Assembly: GCA_964631085.1 (NCBI GenBank)
Contig: CAZVWA010000003.1
Span: 1-43,773, forward strand
DNA length: 43,773 nt
DNA from: an uncultured Rubrivirga sp.
GTDB taxonomy: Bacteria; Actinomycetota; Actinomycetes; S36-B12
Reading direction: 5' to 3'
The notes beneath the pieces were generated by a model that made no database searches, was not told where the DNA came from, and saw only the letters and a program-made list of their open reading frames with translations. Of the stretch, positions 10,919 through 19,564 are shown piece after piece; position 1 is the stretch's first letter, and each line of letters opens with the position of its first letter. The translations under genes and the position numbers were made by a program.

Positions 10919-11986
10919 ATGAACGTCCGGTTGCCGGATTTCCCCTGGGACACTCTCGCGCCGGTTGCTGCGCGCGCCCGAGAGCATGCTGACGGCATCG
11001 TCGACCTGAGCGTTGGAACGCCGGTTGATCCCACACCGGACGTCGTCCAGCAGGCCCTTCGCGAATCCGCTGATTCTCCCGGCTACCCGACGACGGCCGG
11101 GCTCGCCGAGCTTGCCGTTGCATGCAAGGGCTGGATGGAGCGCCGGCTAGGCGTCGGTGAGGTGGGTTTCCTGCCGACCATCGGTTCCAAGGAGATGGTG
11201 GCCTGGCTGCCCACCGGGCTCGGCGTCGGAGCTTCGGACGTCGTCGTTATTCCCGAGGTCGCGTACCCGACGTATTCGGTCGGTGCGATCGTGGCCGGGG
11301 CGGAGGTTGTTGCGACGGACGATGTCGAATCCGTCGATAACGCGTCGATGGTGTGGCTCAACAGCCCCAGTAATCCGACCGGGTCGGTGCTAACGATCGA
11401 TCGACTCCGCAACATCGTCGCCTGGGCTCGGGAGCGGAACATCACCGTGGTCAGTGACGAGTGCTACATCGAGTTGGGCTGGGAACACGAGCCGGTCTCC
11501 ATCTTGGATCCGCGTGTCAACGATGGCGATGTGACGAACCTGCTTGCCGTGCACTCCCTGTCGAAGCGTTCATCGATGGCTGGTTACCGGTTTGGTTTCC
11601 TTGCAGGAGACGCAGCGGTGGTTGGTGAACTCCTTGCTGTGCGCAAGCATCTCGGCATGATGGTGCCGAAGCCGATTCAGTGGGCCGCCGTGGCTGCGTA
11701 CAACGACGACGCTCATGTTGTCGAACAACGCAACCGCTACGGACGACGCCGCTTGGAACTGAAGACGGCGCTTGAATCAAGCGGGTTCGAGATCGATCAC
11801 AGCGTTGCGGGCCTGTACCTGTGGGCGACGCGTGGACAGGATTCATGGGAGACCGCGCAGTGGTTAGCCGAGCGCGGGATTCTGGTGGCACCCGGAGCGT
11901 TTTATGGCGATGAAACCCACGTTCGAGTCGCGTTGACGGCAACCGATGAGCGTGTTGATTCTGCGGTCTCTCGCCTGATGGAATAA
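10919..11986 (+). CDS. dapC: succinyldiaminopimelate transaminase (class I aminotransferase)
   Basis: Class I/II aminotransferase fold (SLSKRSSMAGYRFG, the PLP lysine region) and the conserved fdx-dapC pairing seen in actinobacteria. Confidence 0.8.
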   Translation: MNVRLPDFPWDTLAPVAARAREHADGIVDLSVGTPVDPTPDVVQQALRESADSPGYPTTAGLAELAVACKGWMERRLGVGEVGFLPTIGSKEMVAWLPTGLGVGASDVVVIPEVAYPTYSVGAIVAGAEVVATDDVESVDNASMVWLNSPSNPTGSVLTIDRLRNIVAWARERNITVVSDECYIELGWEHEPVSILDPRVNDGDVTNLLAVHSLSKRSSMAGYRFGFLAGDAAVVGELLAVRKHLGMMVPKPIQWAAVAAYNDDAHVVEQRNRYGRRRLELKTALESSGFEIDHSVAGLYLWATRGQDSWETAQWLAERGILVAPGAFYGDETHVRVALTATDERVDSAVSRLME

Positions 11987-12090
11987 CGCCGGGCGCACGT
12001 TCGCTGCCGTGAGGCTTCTCACAGAGAAGAGTTTCGATCCCCGCTGTTGGCCGTTATGTGCGATGGGTAGTCTGCCCGCAGGAGGTTCGC

Positions 12091-13374
12091 GTGTCTGACT
12101 ACTCGCTTCAGCATCCCGGCGGAGAGGTACCGCTGCCGGATGTTCCCTCAACGGTGGGGGAGTCCGGATTGGATATTTCCTCGCTGCTGAAAGAGACCGG
12201 TCACGTCACCCTTGACCACGGCTTTGTCAACACCGCGTCGTGTTCGTCTTCCATCACATTTATCGATGGTGAAGCTGGGATCCTGCGGTATCGCGGATAT
12301 CCGATCGAGCAGCTCGCCGAACAATCGACGTTCCTGGAGACCTCGTACCTGCTCATTTACGGCGAACTCCCGACCGCTTCGCAACTCGAAGAATTCTCCA
12401 CCGCGATCACCAAGCACACGATGCTTCACGAAGACCTTCGTCGATTCTTCGATGGGTTCCCCCGGGACGCCCATCCGATGGCGGTGCTCTCGTCGGCAGT
12501 GTCAGCTCTGTCAACGTTCTACCAAGACTCCCTCGACCCGTTCGATGAAGAGCAGGTCCACATTTCCACGATTCGCCTGATGGCGAAGCTTCCCACCATC
12601 GCGGCGTACGCATACAAGAAGTCCGTGGGTCAGCCGTTTATGTATCCCGACAACTCCTACAGTTTCGAAGACAACTTCCTGCGCATGACTTTCGGAGTGC
12701 CGGCCGAGCACTATGAGGCGAACCCGATCATCTCCCGCGCGCTCGATCAGTTGCTCATCTTGCATGCTGATCATGAGCAGAACTGCTCTACCTCGACGGT
12801 CCGTCTCGTGGGTTCTTCGCATGCGAACCTGTTTGCGTCGGTATCCGCGGGTGTGAACGCGCTGTTTGGTCCGCTGCACGGTGGCGCGAACCAGGCTGTC
12901 TTGGAGATGCTCGAGAACATCCACGCTTCAGGCGGAGGTGTGAACCGCTTTATCCGGGCTGTGAAGGACCGCGAAGCCGGTATCAAGCTCATGGGCTTCG
13001 GTCATCGCGTCTACAAGAACTACGACCCTCGCGCCGCTGTCGTGAAGAAGACGGCGTATGAGGTCTTCGAGCAGATGAATGTGGACGATCCACTCCTTGA
13101 CATCGCACTGCGCCTCGAAGAAGTCGCGCTCGCCGACGAGTTCTTCATCGAGCGCAAGCTCTACCCGAACGTGGACTTCTACACGGGCCTGATTTACAAG
13201 GCGATGGGATTCCCGACGCGCATGTTCACCGTGCTGTTCGCGCTGGGCCGGTTGCCGGGTTGGATCGCGCAGTGGCGGGAGATGATCGAGGATCCGACCA
13301 CCAAGATCGGGCGTCCGCGCCAGGTGTATGTCGGAGAGGTTCTCCGCGACTACACCCCCATGACCTCCCGCTAA
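12091..13374 (+). CDS. gltA: citrate synthase
   Basis: [13 protein letters not shown] signature. GTG 12091 is preceded by GGAGG (12081-12085). The track ORF starts at 12058. Confidence 0.95.
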   Translation: MSDYSLQHPGGEVPLPDVPSTVGESGLDISSLLKETGHVTLDHGFVNTASCSSSITFIDGEAGILRYRGYPIEQLAEQSTFLETSYLLIYGELPTASQLEEFSTAITKHTMLHEDLRRFFDGFPRDAHPMAVLSSAVSALSTFYQDSLDPFDEEQVHISTIRLMAKLPTIAAYAYKKSVGQPFMYPDNSYSFEDNFLRMTFGVPAEHYEANPIISRALDQLLILHADHEQNCSTSTVRLVGSSHANLFASVSAGVNALFGPLHGGANQAVLEMLENIHASGGGVNRFIRAVKDREAGIKLMGFGHRVYKNYDPRAAVVKKTAYEVFEQMNVDDPLLDIALRLEEVALADEFFIERKLYPNVDFYTGLIYKAMGFPTRMFTVLFALGRLPGWIAQWREMIEDPTTKIGRPRQVYVGEVLRDYTPMTSR

Positions 13375-13407
13375 CCGTTTCCCCCGGAATCCGGGGGAAA
13401 CGGTTAG
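13371..13407. terminator. perfect 17-bp inverted repeat (3-nt loop) between convergent gltA and dapD; candidate bidirectional terminator
   Basis: ctaaccgtttcccccgg-aat-ccgggggaaacggttag. The stem contains both stop codons (TAA 13372-13374 and the complement of 13404-13406). Confidence 0.75.
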
Positions 13408-14360
13408 GAGTTGGTGTGGAGGGCTGCGTTGAGACCGCCCCAACTGCCGGAGCGTTCGACCACTTCGAGTGCACCGGACTGCGAATTACGGCGAAACAGC
13501 AGGTTCGGATGGCCGGAAAGTTCGCGCGCCTTGGCCGTACCTCCGTCGGGTAGCGAAACCTTCGAGCCCGCCGTGACGTAGCAGCCTGCTTCGATGATGG
13601 AGTCGTTCCCGAGCGAGATGCCCACGCCCGCATTCGCGCCAACGAGGCAACCGGTGCCGATGCTGATTACTTCCTTGCCACCCCCGGACAGCGTGCCCAT
13701 GATGGACGCTCCGCCACCGATATCCGAGCCGTCTCCAACGACAACTCCAGCGCTGATGCGGCCCTCGACCATAGACGTGCCGAGAGTGCCGGCATTGAAG
13801 TTGATGAAGCCCTCGTGCATGACGACGGTTCCTTCCGCCACGTGAGCTCCGAGACGAACACGATCGGCGTCCGCGATGCGCACTCCGGAAGGGACGACGT
13901 AGTCCACCATCCGTGGAAAACGGTCGACCCCGAACACCGTGACGTGCACGCCTTTGGATCGGGCCCGCAGATGAACATCGGTGAGTCGACTCGGATCGAT
14001 GGGTCCGAGATTTGTCCACGCGTTGAGGGGAAGTTTGCCGAACACGCCGTCGAGATTGATGGTTCGTGGCCGGACGAGTCGGTGCGAGAGCAGGTGGAGC
14101 CGCAGGTAGGCATCGGCTGCGTCCGTTGGCGGCTGAGCGAGGTCCTCGACGAGCGTCCGGATGGTGACGGTGCGAACCCCGCGAAGCTCATCGCTCTTGG
14201 TGCCGGCGTCCAAATTCGGAACATCGATCGGGTCGGCACCCAGCGTTGGCTGGGGGTACCAGACATCGAGGATGTTCTCCCCGTCCATCGTGGCAAGGCC
14301 GAGGGCCGAGGCGGGTCCGGTGACCGGGGTCAGTTGCTCATCGATAGTCATGTTGCTCAC
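13404..14360 (-). CDS. dapD: 2,3,4,5-tetrahydropyridine-2,6-dicarboxylate N-succinyltransferase
   Basis: 318 aa actinobacterial-type DapD with a left-handed beta-helix hexapeptide region (GAHVAEGTVVMHEGFINFNAGTLG...). ATG 14351 is an alternative start. Confidence 0.9.
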   Translation of the reverse strand: MSNMTIDEQLTPVTGPASALGLATMDGENILDVWYPQPTLGADPIDVPNLDAGTKSDELRGVRTVTIRTLVEDLAQPPTDAADAYLRLHLLSHRLVRPRTINLDGVFGKLPLNAWTNLGPIDPSRLTDVHLRARSKGVHVTVFGVDRFPRMVDYVVPSGVRIADADRVRLGAHVAEGTVVMHEGFINFNAGTLGTSMVEGRISAGVVVGDGSDIGGGASIMGTLSGGGKEVISIGTGCLVGANAGVGISLGNDSIIEAGCYVTAGSKVSLPDGGTAKARELSGHPNLLFRRNSQSGALEVVERSGSWGGLNAALHTNS

Positions 14361-14365
14361 CGGGC

Positions 14366-14372
14366 TACCGTA
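14366..14372. promoter_or_regulatory. overlapping divergent -10 boxes for dapE (TACCGT, plus) and dapD (TACGGT, minus)
   Basis: Plus strand: TACCGT(14366-14371)-atccac-GTG(14378). Minus strand: TACGGT(c14367-14372)-agcccg-GTG(14360). The whole intergenic gap is 17 nt. Confidence 0.5.
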
Positions 14373-14377
14373 TCCAC

Positions 14378-15439
14378 GTGCACCTCGATCTCTCTGCGGA
14401 CGTCGTCGACCTCACCACCGCCCTCGTGGATATCCCCAGTGAGTCCCACGATGAACACCAACTCGCGGAGCTGGTCGAGGCGGCGCTGCGCGACTGTGAG
14501 CACCTGCGGGTTCGACGATCGGGTAACGCCTTGGTCGCCGAGACCCATGCCAAAGCGCCAACGGTCGTGATCGCCGGCCACCTCGATACCGTCCCGGCGG
14601 CGGGCAATCTTCCGGCTCGGATCGACGGTGATCGGTTGTTCGGACTCGGCTCATGCGACATGAAGGGTGGCGTCGCGATCGCTTTAAAGCTTGCGCACGA
14701 TGTCACAGACCCGCACGTCGGCGTGCGTTTCATCTTCTACGACTGCGAGGAGGTAGCGGCCGTCCACAACGGGCTAGCGCGTCTGTCTGAAGAAGACCCC
14801 GAAGTGTTGAAGGCGGACCTGGCCATCGTCATGGAGCCGAGCAATGCCGTGATCGAAGGTGGCTGCCAGGGAACTATCCGCGTTGAGGTCCATGTATCGG
14901 GCGCTCGCGCACACAGCGCTCGCTCCTGGCAGGGAACCAACGCCATTCACGGTGCGCAAGACGTGCTCGCCAGGCTCTCGCAATACGCGCCGCGCGAGCC
15001 ATTAGTCGATGGTCTGCAGTACCGCGAAGGATTGAACGCGGTCGCAATTCGAGGGGGAGTGGCAGGAAACGTCATTCCCGACGAATGCGTCGTGACGGTC
15101 AACTATCGATTCGCACCCGATCTGTCCGTTCCTGAAGCCATCGATCATGTCCGGGAAGTCTTCGAGGGTTTCGATGTGACCGTGGTCGACGAAGCCCCCG
15201 GCGCACGCCCGGGACTCGATGAACCGGTAGTCGCGCGGTTCGTTGAAGCGATGGGCGGCACGGTCGAACCGAAATTCGGATGGACGGATGTTGCCCGTTT
15301 CTCGGCGGCCGGAACCCCGGCCCTCAACTACGGGCCCGGCAACCCGACGATCGCTCATACCGTCGATGAGCACGTGTCCGTCCGCGAAGTCCGGGCGGTG
15401 CTGGAGAAGCTCGGCGGATGGCTTCGAGGCGATGGCTAA
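14378..15439 (+). CDS. dapE: succinyl-diaminopimelate desuccinylase (M20 peptidase family)
   Basis: N-terminus LTTALVDIPSESHDE, GHLDTVP, M20 dimerisation domain, divergent from dapD. Confidence 0.9.
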   Translation: MHLDLSADVVDLTTALVDIPSESHDEHQLAELVEAALRDCEHLRVRRSGNALVAETHAKAPTVVIAGHLDTVPAAGNLPARIDGDRLFGLGSCDMKGGVAIALKLAHDVTDPHVGVRFIFYDCEEVAAVHNGLARLSEEDPEVLKADLAIVMEPSNAVIEGGCQGTIRVEVHVSGARAHSARSWQGTNAIHGAQDVLARLSQYAPREPLVDGLQYREGLNAVAIRGGVAGNVIPDECVVTVNYRFAPDLSVPEAIDHVREVFEGFDVTVVDEAPGARPGLDEPVVARFVEAMGGTVEPKFGWTDVARFSAAGTPALNYGPGNPTIAHTVDEHVSVREVRAVLEKLGGWLRGDG

Positions 15440-15448
15440 GGGATACAG

Positions 15449-16024
15449 ATGACGAGTTGGAACGTATGCGTCTTTTGTTCCTCCAGTGATGACATCGACC
15501 CTCGCTATCTCGAGTTGGCCGACGACGTCGGCACGGCCATCGGCACCCGAGGCTGGACGTGTGTGTCCGGTGGCGGGTCGGTCTCGATGATGGGTCGCTT
15601 GGTGCGATCCGTGCGCGCGCACGGTGGGCGCACTATCGGGGTCATCCCGCAAGCACTCAAGGATCGTGAGGTTGCCGACCTCGATGCAGACGAACTCGTC
15701 GTCACACACGACATGCGCCAGCGCAAGGGAGTGATGGACGAGCGCTCCGATGCCTTCCTCGCGCTTCCGGGCGGCATCGGCACCCTCGAGGAACTCATGG
15801 AGGTGTGGACCTCGAGGTCGCTCACCATGCACGACAAGCCCGTTGTCGTTCTCGACCCATGGGACGACTACGCCCTACTGCGCGCGCAGGTTCAGGCGTG
15901 GGTCGATCGTGGTTTCGTCCATCAGGCGAGCCTGGACCGAGTCCACTGGACCACCTCGATCGACGGTGCGTTCGCGGCGCTTTCAGTGCCTGGGTCCCCA
16001 TCGAACACGTCCGTGATGGAATGA
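15449..16024 (+). CDS. LOG family protein (TIGR00730-type lysine-decarboxylase-like nucleotide phosphoribohydrolase)
   Basis: PGGIGTLEEL motif and a Rossmann-like N-terminus VCVFCSSS. AAGGGA lies upstream of the ATG. Confidence 0.85.
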   Translation: MTSWNVCVFCSSSDDIDPRYLELADDVGTAIGTRGWTCVSGGGSVSMMGRLVRSVRAHGGRTIGVIPQALKDREVADLDADELVVTHDMRQRKGVMDERSDAFLALPGGIGTLEELMEVWTSRSLTMHDKPVVVLDPWDDYALLRAQVQAWVDRGFVHQASLDRVHWTTSIDGAFAALSVPGSPSNTSVME

Positions 16025-16028
16025 CGCC

Positions 16029-16268
16029 ATGACCATCGTCTTCGTCGTCGTCGGTATCGCTGTGGTCGCGGCGGCGGCCTGGTTTGTGGTGGGGAAGTTC
16101 GACGCCTCATTGCCGGATGCAGGCAGTGATCTCCGTCCGGATGAGCGTGCTGGCGATCCGGCATTCGACGTTGTCCTTCGCGGCTACCGAATGGACGAAG
16201 TCGATGCCACCATCGCCGAACTCCAATCGCAGATCGAGACCTTGAAGGGCGGCAAAGGAGGCCGATGA
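16029..16268 (+). CDS. DivIVA-domain-containing small membrane protein
   Basis: An N-terminal TM helix, then FDVVLRGYRMDEVDATIAELQSQIETL (short DivIVA-type motif). Confidence 0.7.
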   Translation: MTIVFVVVGIAVVAAAAWFVVGKFDASLPDAGSDLRPDERAGDPAFDVVLRGYRMDEVDATIAELQSQIETLKGGKGGR

Positions 16269-16720
16269 CGGTCCACCTGTCACTCGACATCGTCGTGAAC
16301 GCTCCGCCTGAATCCGTATTCGACGCCTTCACCCAATGGACCAAGCAGGGCGAATGGATGATGGGCACCAAGGTCGAAGTTCGTCGAGGTGACGGCCGTA
16401 GCCTGGATTCGGAAATCGCGGGTTGGACGGGCATCGGGCCGCTGGGCTTTTGGGACACCATGTCGATCACCCGCTGGGAACCGCCGTTTCGGGTTGATGT
16501 CCTGCACACCGGGTCGGTTGTTCGGGGCACCGGCACCATGGAAGTGCTCGCACTCCCCGAGGGTCGCAGCCGGTTTCTCTGGAGCGAGGGCCTCGATCTG
16601 CCCCTGGGCGCCCTCGGCCGCTACGGGTGGCCCGTGGTCAAACCGGCCCTCGTCACGGGCGTGAAGCGCTCCTTGCGCAGGTTCGCGTCGCTGGTCGAGA
16701 CCGGCACCCTGCCGCGCTGA
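16265..16720 (+). CDS. SRPBCC family protein (polyketide cyclase/dehydrase-like)
   Basis: ATGA overlap with the upstream gene. The sequence LSLDIVVNAPPESVFDAFTQWTKQGEWM is typical of the SRPBCC fold. Confidence 0.75.
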   Translation: MTVHLSLDIVVNAPPESVFDAFTQWTKQGEWMMGTKVEVRRGDGRSLDSEIAGWTGIGPLGFWDTMSITRWEPPFRVDVLHTGSVVRGTGTMEVLALPEGRSRFLWSEGLDLPLGALGRYGWPVVKPALVTGVKRSLRRFASLVETGTLPR

Positions 16721-16832
16721 CTTCTCGGCGATCGGCGATAATAAGCCCCTAACAGTCGGCGCATGGGCGCTGACGTAGCTTTCCCGGGGCGCTCCCCAGG
16801 CGTGTCGGGATGACGATCGGAAGGGGACGGAT

Positions 16833-17000
16833 ATGGCCGCGATGAAGCCGCGGACGGGCGATGGCCCGCTCGAGGTGACCAAGGAGGGTCGGGGTTATGT
16901 CATGCGGGTGCCCCTCGAGGGCGGCGGCCGACTCGTCGTCGAGTTGAACGCCGAAGAGGTCAAGAACCTCGGTGAGGCGTTGACCGGAGCCCTTCCGTAG
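16833..17000 (+). CDS. DUF3117 domain-containing protein (55 aa, below the ORF-track cutoff)
   Basis: My own translation: MAAMKPRTGDGPLEVTKEGRGYVMRVPLEGGGRLVVELNAEEVKNLGEALTGALP. GGAAGGGGA lies 5 nt upstream of ATG 16833. It matches the highly conserved actinobacterial MAAMKPRTGDGPLE... family. Confidence 0.85.
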   Translation: MAAMKPRTGDGPLEVTKEGRGYVMRVPLEGGGRLVVELNAEEVKNLGEALTGALP

Positions 17001-17035
17001 ACCTCTCGGTCACAACGTCCTAGTCCGGCCGGGTG

Positions 17036-17695
17036 CTAGTCCCGGCGGAGCAGGCACGCCACCAGCATCCCGTCACCCTCGATGAGAGGGCTCGCGCTCC
17101 AATCGGAATCGCCCCTGAGTTCGCCTGCGAGTTCCTTTACCGCAGTTGCTTCGGGGTCCCGTCGCGAAGGATCGGCGACCATGTCGTCCTCGCCGACCCC
17201 GACGAAGGCGACGACTCCACCAATACGCAGTAATCGCTTGGCCTGGCTGAGGATCGCCGGGTATTCGCTTCGGTCGGCGTCGACAACGACGACGTCATAG
17301 GCGCCGTCGGACATTCGGGGCAGGACGTCTAGCGCCCGGCCGGCGATCAATCGAGCGCGTGAGGCCTCGTGCCCGGACTCTTGCAGCGCCTCGCGTGCGT
17401 GCCGCTGGTACTCGGCCTCGGTGTCGATACTGGTCAGCATTCCCCCGGGGGTCATGCCTTCGAGAAGTGCCACTCCGGAAACACCCGTCCCGGTTCCGAC
17501 CTCGACGACGGCTTGCGCCTGCAGGCTCGAAGCCAGGAAAGTCAAGAAGCGGCTGGTGGCGGGTGATACCGAGGTGATACCGAACTCTCGGGCACGCTCA
17601 CGAGCATTCGCTACGGCGTCGCTCTCGGGTATCCAGGTATCGGCGAATTGTGCGAAACTCACCGGGCTCGCGGTCTTCGATGACGTCGATGACAT
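17036..17695 (-). CDS. class I SAM-dependent O-methyltransferase (caffeoyl-CoA OMT-like)
   Basis: SAM-binding motif VVEVGTGTGVSG. I prefer ATG 17695 (AGGAAGG 6 nt upstream) over the TTG at 17713 used by the track. Confidence 0.8.
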   Translation of the reverse strand: MSSTSSKTASPVSFAQFADTWIPESDAVANARERAREFGITSVSPATSRFLTFLASSLQAQAVVEVGTGTGVSGVALLEGMTPGGMLTSIDTEAEYQRHAREALQESGHEASRARLIAGRALDVLPRMSDGAYDVVVVDADRSEYPAILSQAKRLLRIGGVVAFVGVGEDDMVADPSRRDPEATAVKELAGELRGDSDWSASPLIEGDGMLVACLLRRD

Positions 17696-17799
17696 AGTGC
17701 GCCTTCCTGCCAATGCCCCCGCGGATGTGCCCGGCGGACGATCGCAGCCTAGCCTTAGGGGACGTAGCCCCGAAGCAGACAGAAGGGCGGCTGAGGTCC

Positions 17800-19173
17800 G
17801 TGACCGATGAGAGTCCCCGTGAGGACTCGGGTGTTCCGCCCGAGAACGCCTCCGACCCTCTAACGCCCGGTGCTACGCCAGCCCCGCCGCCGGCTGCCCC
17901 GGCCTCCCCGCCGTCGCCTGCCCCGACCTCCTACCCGAACTTCGTGGCCTATGGCTCGACGCCACCCCCGCCGCCTCCACCCGGTCCGGTGGCTCCCTAC
18001 TCGGCGAGTGCGGGCGGTCCTCATGGCACCGGAGGGCAGCATGCGCGACCGGCTCCCTCGGCTGCTGGTCGCTCGGGCCTGGGTTTCCTGGGAGTGGTCG
18101 TCATCGCCACTGTCGTTTCGCTGGTGGTAGGAACCTTCGCCGGACTCGCGGGCTACGTCATCGGTCGCGCTGTCGACACCACCGCGACTCCCACGACCAC
18201 TGCAGCACCGGCTCCGCAACCTTCCACCATTGCGTCCGATCCGATTTCGCCGGATGAACTCCCTGAATCCATCGCCGAGATGGTCTCCGCCGTTCTCCCA
18301 GGAGTTGTCTCCATCGCGATCGAGAACAACGGGGATCAAGGAAGCGGATCGGGCTTCGTGATCCGAGAAGACGGCTACATCCTCACCAACAACCACGTCG
18401 CGGCACCTGCTGCGGACGGCGGATCGTTAACGGTCTTCTTCGAGAACGGGGAAAGCGCCGAGGCCGAGATAGTCGGTCGCAACTCCGCCTACGACCTCGC
18501 GGTGTTGAAGGTGGAGACGGGCGATCTCCCCGTGGTTCGGCTGGGTGACTCTGATCAGGCGAATGTCGGGGACATCGCCATCGCGATCGGTGCGCCGCTT
18601 GGTTTGGAGGGCACGGTCACCGCGGGGATCATCTCCTCGCTGGATCGACCCGTTACTGCGGGTGGGCAGGGAGAGATGGCCTACATCAACGCGCTTCAAA
18701 CCGACGCGGCGATCAACCCGGGCAATTCCGGTGGTCCGCTTCTCAACAGCGCCGGTCAGGTGATCGGCGTGAATTCGGCGATTGCGACGCTTGCTCCATC
18801 CATCACCGGTGAGGCGGGATCCATCGGCCTGGGATTCGCTATTCCGGTCAACTCAGCACGCCGGATTGCCGAAGAGATCATCGCCACGGGGGATTCGAAG
18901 ACGCCGATCATCGGTGTCACACTCGATACGACCTACACCGACGGGGGCTCGCGGATTAGCGAGGTGAACCCCGGTGGACCGGCGGAAGTGGCCGGTCTAC
19001 GCAACGGCGACGTCATCACCGCACTCGCTGGTCGGGAGACGACGGATTCGACCGAACTCGTCGTGGCGATTCGGGACTTCGCTCCGGGAGACACGGTGAG
19101 CATTACGTTCCTGCGTGGTGGCGAATCGCGGACCGTTGATCTCGTCCTCGGTGGCTCGGAGGACATCGGCTGA
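17800..19173 (+). CDS. htrA: HtrA/PepD-type trypsin-like serine protease with Pro-rich N-terminus, TM anchor and C-terminal PDZ domain
   Basis: Catalytic triad contexts TNNHV, YDLAVLKV and GNSGGPL. PDZ-like C-terminus. The start is uncertain (GTG 17800 or ATG 17713). Confidence 0.85.
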   Translation: MTDESPREDSGVPPENASDPLTPGATPAPPPAAPASPPSPAPTSYPNFVAYGSTPPPPPPPGPVAPYSASAGGPHGTGGQHARPAPSAAGRSGLGFLGVVVIATVVSLVVGTFAGLAGYVIGRAVDTTATPTTTAAPAPQPSTIASDPISPDELPESIAEMVSAVLPGVVSIAIENNGDQGSGSGFVIREDGYILTNNHVAAPAADGGSLTVFFENGESAEAEIVGRNSAYDLAVLKVETGDLPVVRLGDSDQANVGDIAIAIGAPLGLEGTVTAGIISSLDRPVTAGGQGEMAYINALQTDAAINPGNSGGPLLNSAGQVIGVNSAIATLAPSITGEAGSIGLGFAIPVNSARRIAEEIIATGDSKTPIIGVTLDTTYTDGGSRISEVNPGGPAEVAGLRNGDVITALAGRETTDSTELVVAIRDFAPGDTVSITFLRGGESRTVDLVLGGSEDIG

Positions 19174-19174
19174 C

Positions 19175-19552
19175 ATGTTCGATATCGGTATCGGCGAACT
19201 GCTCGCGCTCGCGGTGATCGGGTTGTTGATCTTCGGTCCGGAGAAACTCCCGAAGGCTGCCGCGGACGCTGGTCGCTGGGCACGCCAGATTCGCGAGATG
19301 GCCGCGTCTGCCCGAAAAGAGATAACCGACTCTGCCGGTGTGGATTTGACGGACACGATGAACAGCTTCAAGGACTTCCGAGATCTGCATCCCAAGCGCC
19401 TAGCCGCCGGATTACTGGATGACGATTTGCTGGATGACGACGATGCGACGCCGTCGAGGACTTCCAACTCGAACGAAGCCAAGGCGGGCGAACCGGATAA
19501 GTCGAGCCGGCCGTCGCAGTCGTCCCAATCGTTCGATCCGGACCTTTCCTAG
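19175..19552 (+). CDS. tatB: Sec-independent protein translocase subunit TatB
   Basis: MFDIGIGELLALAVIGLLIFGPEKLPK is the canonical TatA/B N-terminus. ATG 19175 is in frame within track ORF 19115..19552. Confidence 0.85.
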   Translation: MFDIGIGELLALAVIGLLIFGPEKLPKAAADAGRWARQIREMAASARKEITDSAGVDLTDTMNSFKDFRDLHPKRLAAGLLDDDLLDDDDATPSRTSNSNEAKAGEPDKSSRPSQSSQSFDPDLS

Positions 19553-19564
19553 GGCGGTTGACGG

